From positions 1-16,874 of the IMG/VR virus record IMGVR_UViG_2740892443_000003: a DNA stretch of 16,874 nucleotides; one strand, 5' to 3'. This DNA is from a virus. Its lineage: Duplodnaviria; Heunggongvirae; Uroviricota; Caudoviricetes. Positions 15,461 to 16,874 of this stretch are shown here, one piece after another. Numbering within the stretch: the first letter of the stretch is position 1; every line of letters starts with the position of its first letter. The position numbers and the translations under genes were made by a program. Below the pieces are notes generated by a model. That model did not search any database and was not told the DNA's origin. It was given only the letters and a program-made list of their open reading frames with translations.

Positions 15461-15565
15461 ATGCACGATAATCATGAAACACAAAAAATTAATCAAACCA
15501 GCGTGATGCCTGAAAAAACTGGTGTTTACTGGAATTCTCGGTTTAGCATTGCTCCTATGCTCGAC
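15461..15565 (+). repeat. attR-side copy of the dusA 5' segment (island-supplied replacement)
   Basis: About 81% identical to 1078-1182; continuous with the rest of dusA. Confidence 0.8.
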
Positions 15566-16498
15566 TGGACGGACAGACATTGCCGCTATTTCTTGCGTCT
15601 GCTTTCCCGCAATACGTTGCTGTATACCGAAATGGTGACCACAGGGGCGATTATTCACGGTAAAGGTGATTACCTGGCGTACAGTGAAGAAGAACATCCG
15701 GTAGCGTTGCAACTCGGCGGTAGCGATCCGGCGGCGCTGGCACAGTGTGCGAAGCTGGCAGAAGCGCGTGGATATGATGAGATCAACCTGAATGTCGGCT
15801 GCCCGTCTGACCGGGTGCAGAACGGCATGTTTGGTGCGTGTCTGATGGGTAATGCGCAGCTGGTTGCCGACTGTGTGAAAGCGATGCGCGATGTGGTGTC
15901 GATTCCAGTGACGGTGAAAACGCGTATTGGCATCGATGACCAGGACAGCTATGAATTTCTCTGCGATTTCATCAACACTGTTTCCGGCAAAGGCGAGTGT
16001 GAGATGTTTATCATCCACGCACGTAAAGCCTGGCTTTCGGGGTTAAGCCCGAAAGAAAACCGTGAAATCCCGCCGCTCGATTATCCGCGTGTGTATCAAC
16101 TGAAGCGTGACTTTCCGCATCTGACAATGTCGATTAACGGTGGTATCAAGTCGCTGGAAGAGGCCAAAGCACACCTGCAACATATGGATGGCGTGATGGT
16201 CGGGCGCGAGGCGTATCAGAATCCGGGTATTCTGGCGGCGGTAGACCGGGAGATCTTTGGTTCCTCGGATACCGATGCCGATCCGGTGGCGGTAGTGCGC
16301 GCCATGTATCCGTACATTGAGCGTGAACTCAGCCAGGGGACGTATCTCGGCCATATTACCCGGCATATGCTGGGTTTGTTCCAGGGTATTCCTGGCGCGC
16401 GGCAGTGGCGGCGTTATTTAAGTGAAAATGCCCATAAAGCGGGTGCTGACATTAACGTGCTGGAACACGCGCTCAAACTGGTGGCGGATAAGCGTTAA
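15461..16498 (+). CDS. dusA: tRNA-dihydrouridine synthase A, 345-aa ORF (alternative start at Met16, 15506)
   Basis: Full-length Dus-family protein. The first 35 codons differ from the K-12-like stub at 1078, consistent with 5' replacement by the island. Confidence 0.95.
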   Translation: MHDNHETQKINQTSVMPEKTGVYWNSRFSIAPMLDWTDRHCRYFLRLLSRNTLLYTEMVTTGAIIHGKGDYLAYSEEEHPVALQLGGSDPAALAQCAKLAEARGYDEINLNVGCPSDRVQNGMFGACLMGNAQLVADCVKAMRDVVSIPVTVKTRIGIDDQDSYEFLCDFINTVSGKGECEMFIIHARKAWLSGLSPKENREIPPLDYPRVYQLKRDFPHLTMSINGGIKSLEEAKAHLQHMDGVMVGREAYQNPGILAAVDREIFGSSDTDADPVAVVRAMYPYIERELSQGTYLGHITRHMLGLFQGIPGARQWRRYLSENAHKAGADINVLEHALKLVADKR

Positions 16499-16527
16499 CT
16501 TTTCACCAAAAAGTAGTCAAATTCACC

Positions 16528-16557
16528 ACGCCCTGCGCACCGTCGCGGGGCGTTTTG
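16528..16557 (+). terminator. Hairpin terminator after dusA
   Basis: ACGCCCTGCG-caccgt-CGCGGGGCGT followed by TTTGCTGTT. Confidence 0.5.
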
Positions 16558-16580
16558 CTGTTAAATCAATAGATTATTTT

Positions 16581-16596
16581 TGGCATGATTCTTGTA
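16581..16596 (+). promoter_or_regulatory. sigma54-type promoter of pspG
   Basis: TGGCAT-N5-TTGT fits the -24 GG / -12 spacing. pspG is a known sigma54/PspF-dependent gene. Confidence 0.5.
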
Positions 16597-16631
16597 ATGC
16601 CAGCAAGAGATTTCATATTTGGGAGAGCATC

Positions 16632-16874
16632 ATGCTGGAACTACTTTTTGTGATTGGCTTTTTTGTCATGCTGATGGTCACCGGCGTTTCGTTGCTGGGC
16701 ATTATCGCCGCGCTGGTTGTGGCGACGGCCATTATGTTCCTCGGCGGTATGCTGGCATTGATGATTAAGTTGCTGCCGTGGTTACTACTGGCGATTGCGG
16801 TGGTGTGGGTTATTAAGGCGATTAAAGCACCAAAAATGCCGAAATATCAGCGTTATGACCGCTGGCGTTACTAA
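16632..16874 (+). CDS. pspG: Phage shock protein G, 80 aa, inner-membrane protein
   Basis: MLELLFVIGFFVMLMVTGVSLLGIIAALVVATAIMFLGG... matches PspG. GGGAGAG Shine-Dalgarno. The 150-aa track ORF is an upstream over-extension. Confidence 0.9.
   Translation: MLELLFVIGFFVMLMVTGVSLLGIIAALVVATAIMFLGGMLALMIKLLPWLLLAIAVVWVIKAIKAPKMPKYQRYDRWRY

Larger units (their letters stand above)
1182..15565. mobile_element. dusA-integrated prophage-like island, ~14.4 kb, mosaic of e14-, CPS-53- and Mu-like modules
   Basis: Bounded by diverged direct repeats of the dusA 5' end. Carries a tyrosine integrase next to dusA, a cI/Cro switch and phage early and baseplate genes. GC content rises sharply in the structural module. 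Confidence 0.8.

Noticed and set aside
15455-16366. Minus-strand ORFs inside dusA (15455-16018, 15670-15933, 16043-16366)
   Set aside because: Embedded antisense in a conserved housekeeping gene.
16422-16631. Upstream extension of pspG (150-aa version)
   Set aside because: PspG is an 80-aa membrane protein. The extension covers the dusA terminator and the sigma54 promoter region.
1-16874. CRISPR arrays, tRNA or tmRNA genes, IS elements
   Set aside because: No spacer-repeat periodicity, no tRNA-like cloverleaf at the island ends (integration is within dusA, not a tRNA), and no transposase-like ORF or terminal inverted repeats were seen.

Overview
The window is a chromosomal dusA locus (hypothetical flank gene, dusA, pspG) interrupted by a ~14.4-kb prophage-like island at about 1182-15565. 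The island is bounded by two diverged copies of the first 35 codons of dusA: the displaced K-12-like copy at 1078-1182 is a dead 40-codon stub, and the island-supplied copy at 15461-15565 heads the intact gene. A tyrosine integrase lies divergently just upstream of the restored dusA. Island layout, left to right: a plus-strand cargo pair (GNAT-like 178-aa protein and a 57-aa basic protein); a ten-gene leftward early operon (YfdP/YfdQ/YfdR-like, four unknowns, DUF551 protein, DEDDh exonuclease, PrtN-family regulator); a lambda-cI-like autocleavable repressor; and a rightward operon running from a Cro/YdaS-like gene straight into Mu-type baseplate genes (hub, spike, gp46, J-like, gp48), a short tail fibre and its chaperone. 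There is no sheath, tube, tape measure, head or lysis gene, so this is an e14-style tail-less cassette, not a complete phage or tailocin. The most unusual features are a Gin/Pin/Hin-type crossover site inside the tail-fibre gene with no invertase present, a tail-fibre-chaperone fragment fused in frame to the integrase C-terminus, a Cro-like gene translationally coupled to the baseplate hub, and a ~470-nt noncoding leader with operator palindromes and a long hairpin ahead of the early operon. All family assignments are from reading the translations; no searches were run.
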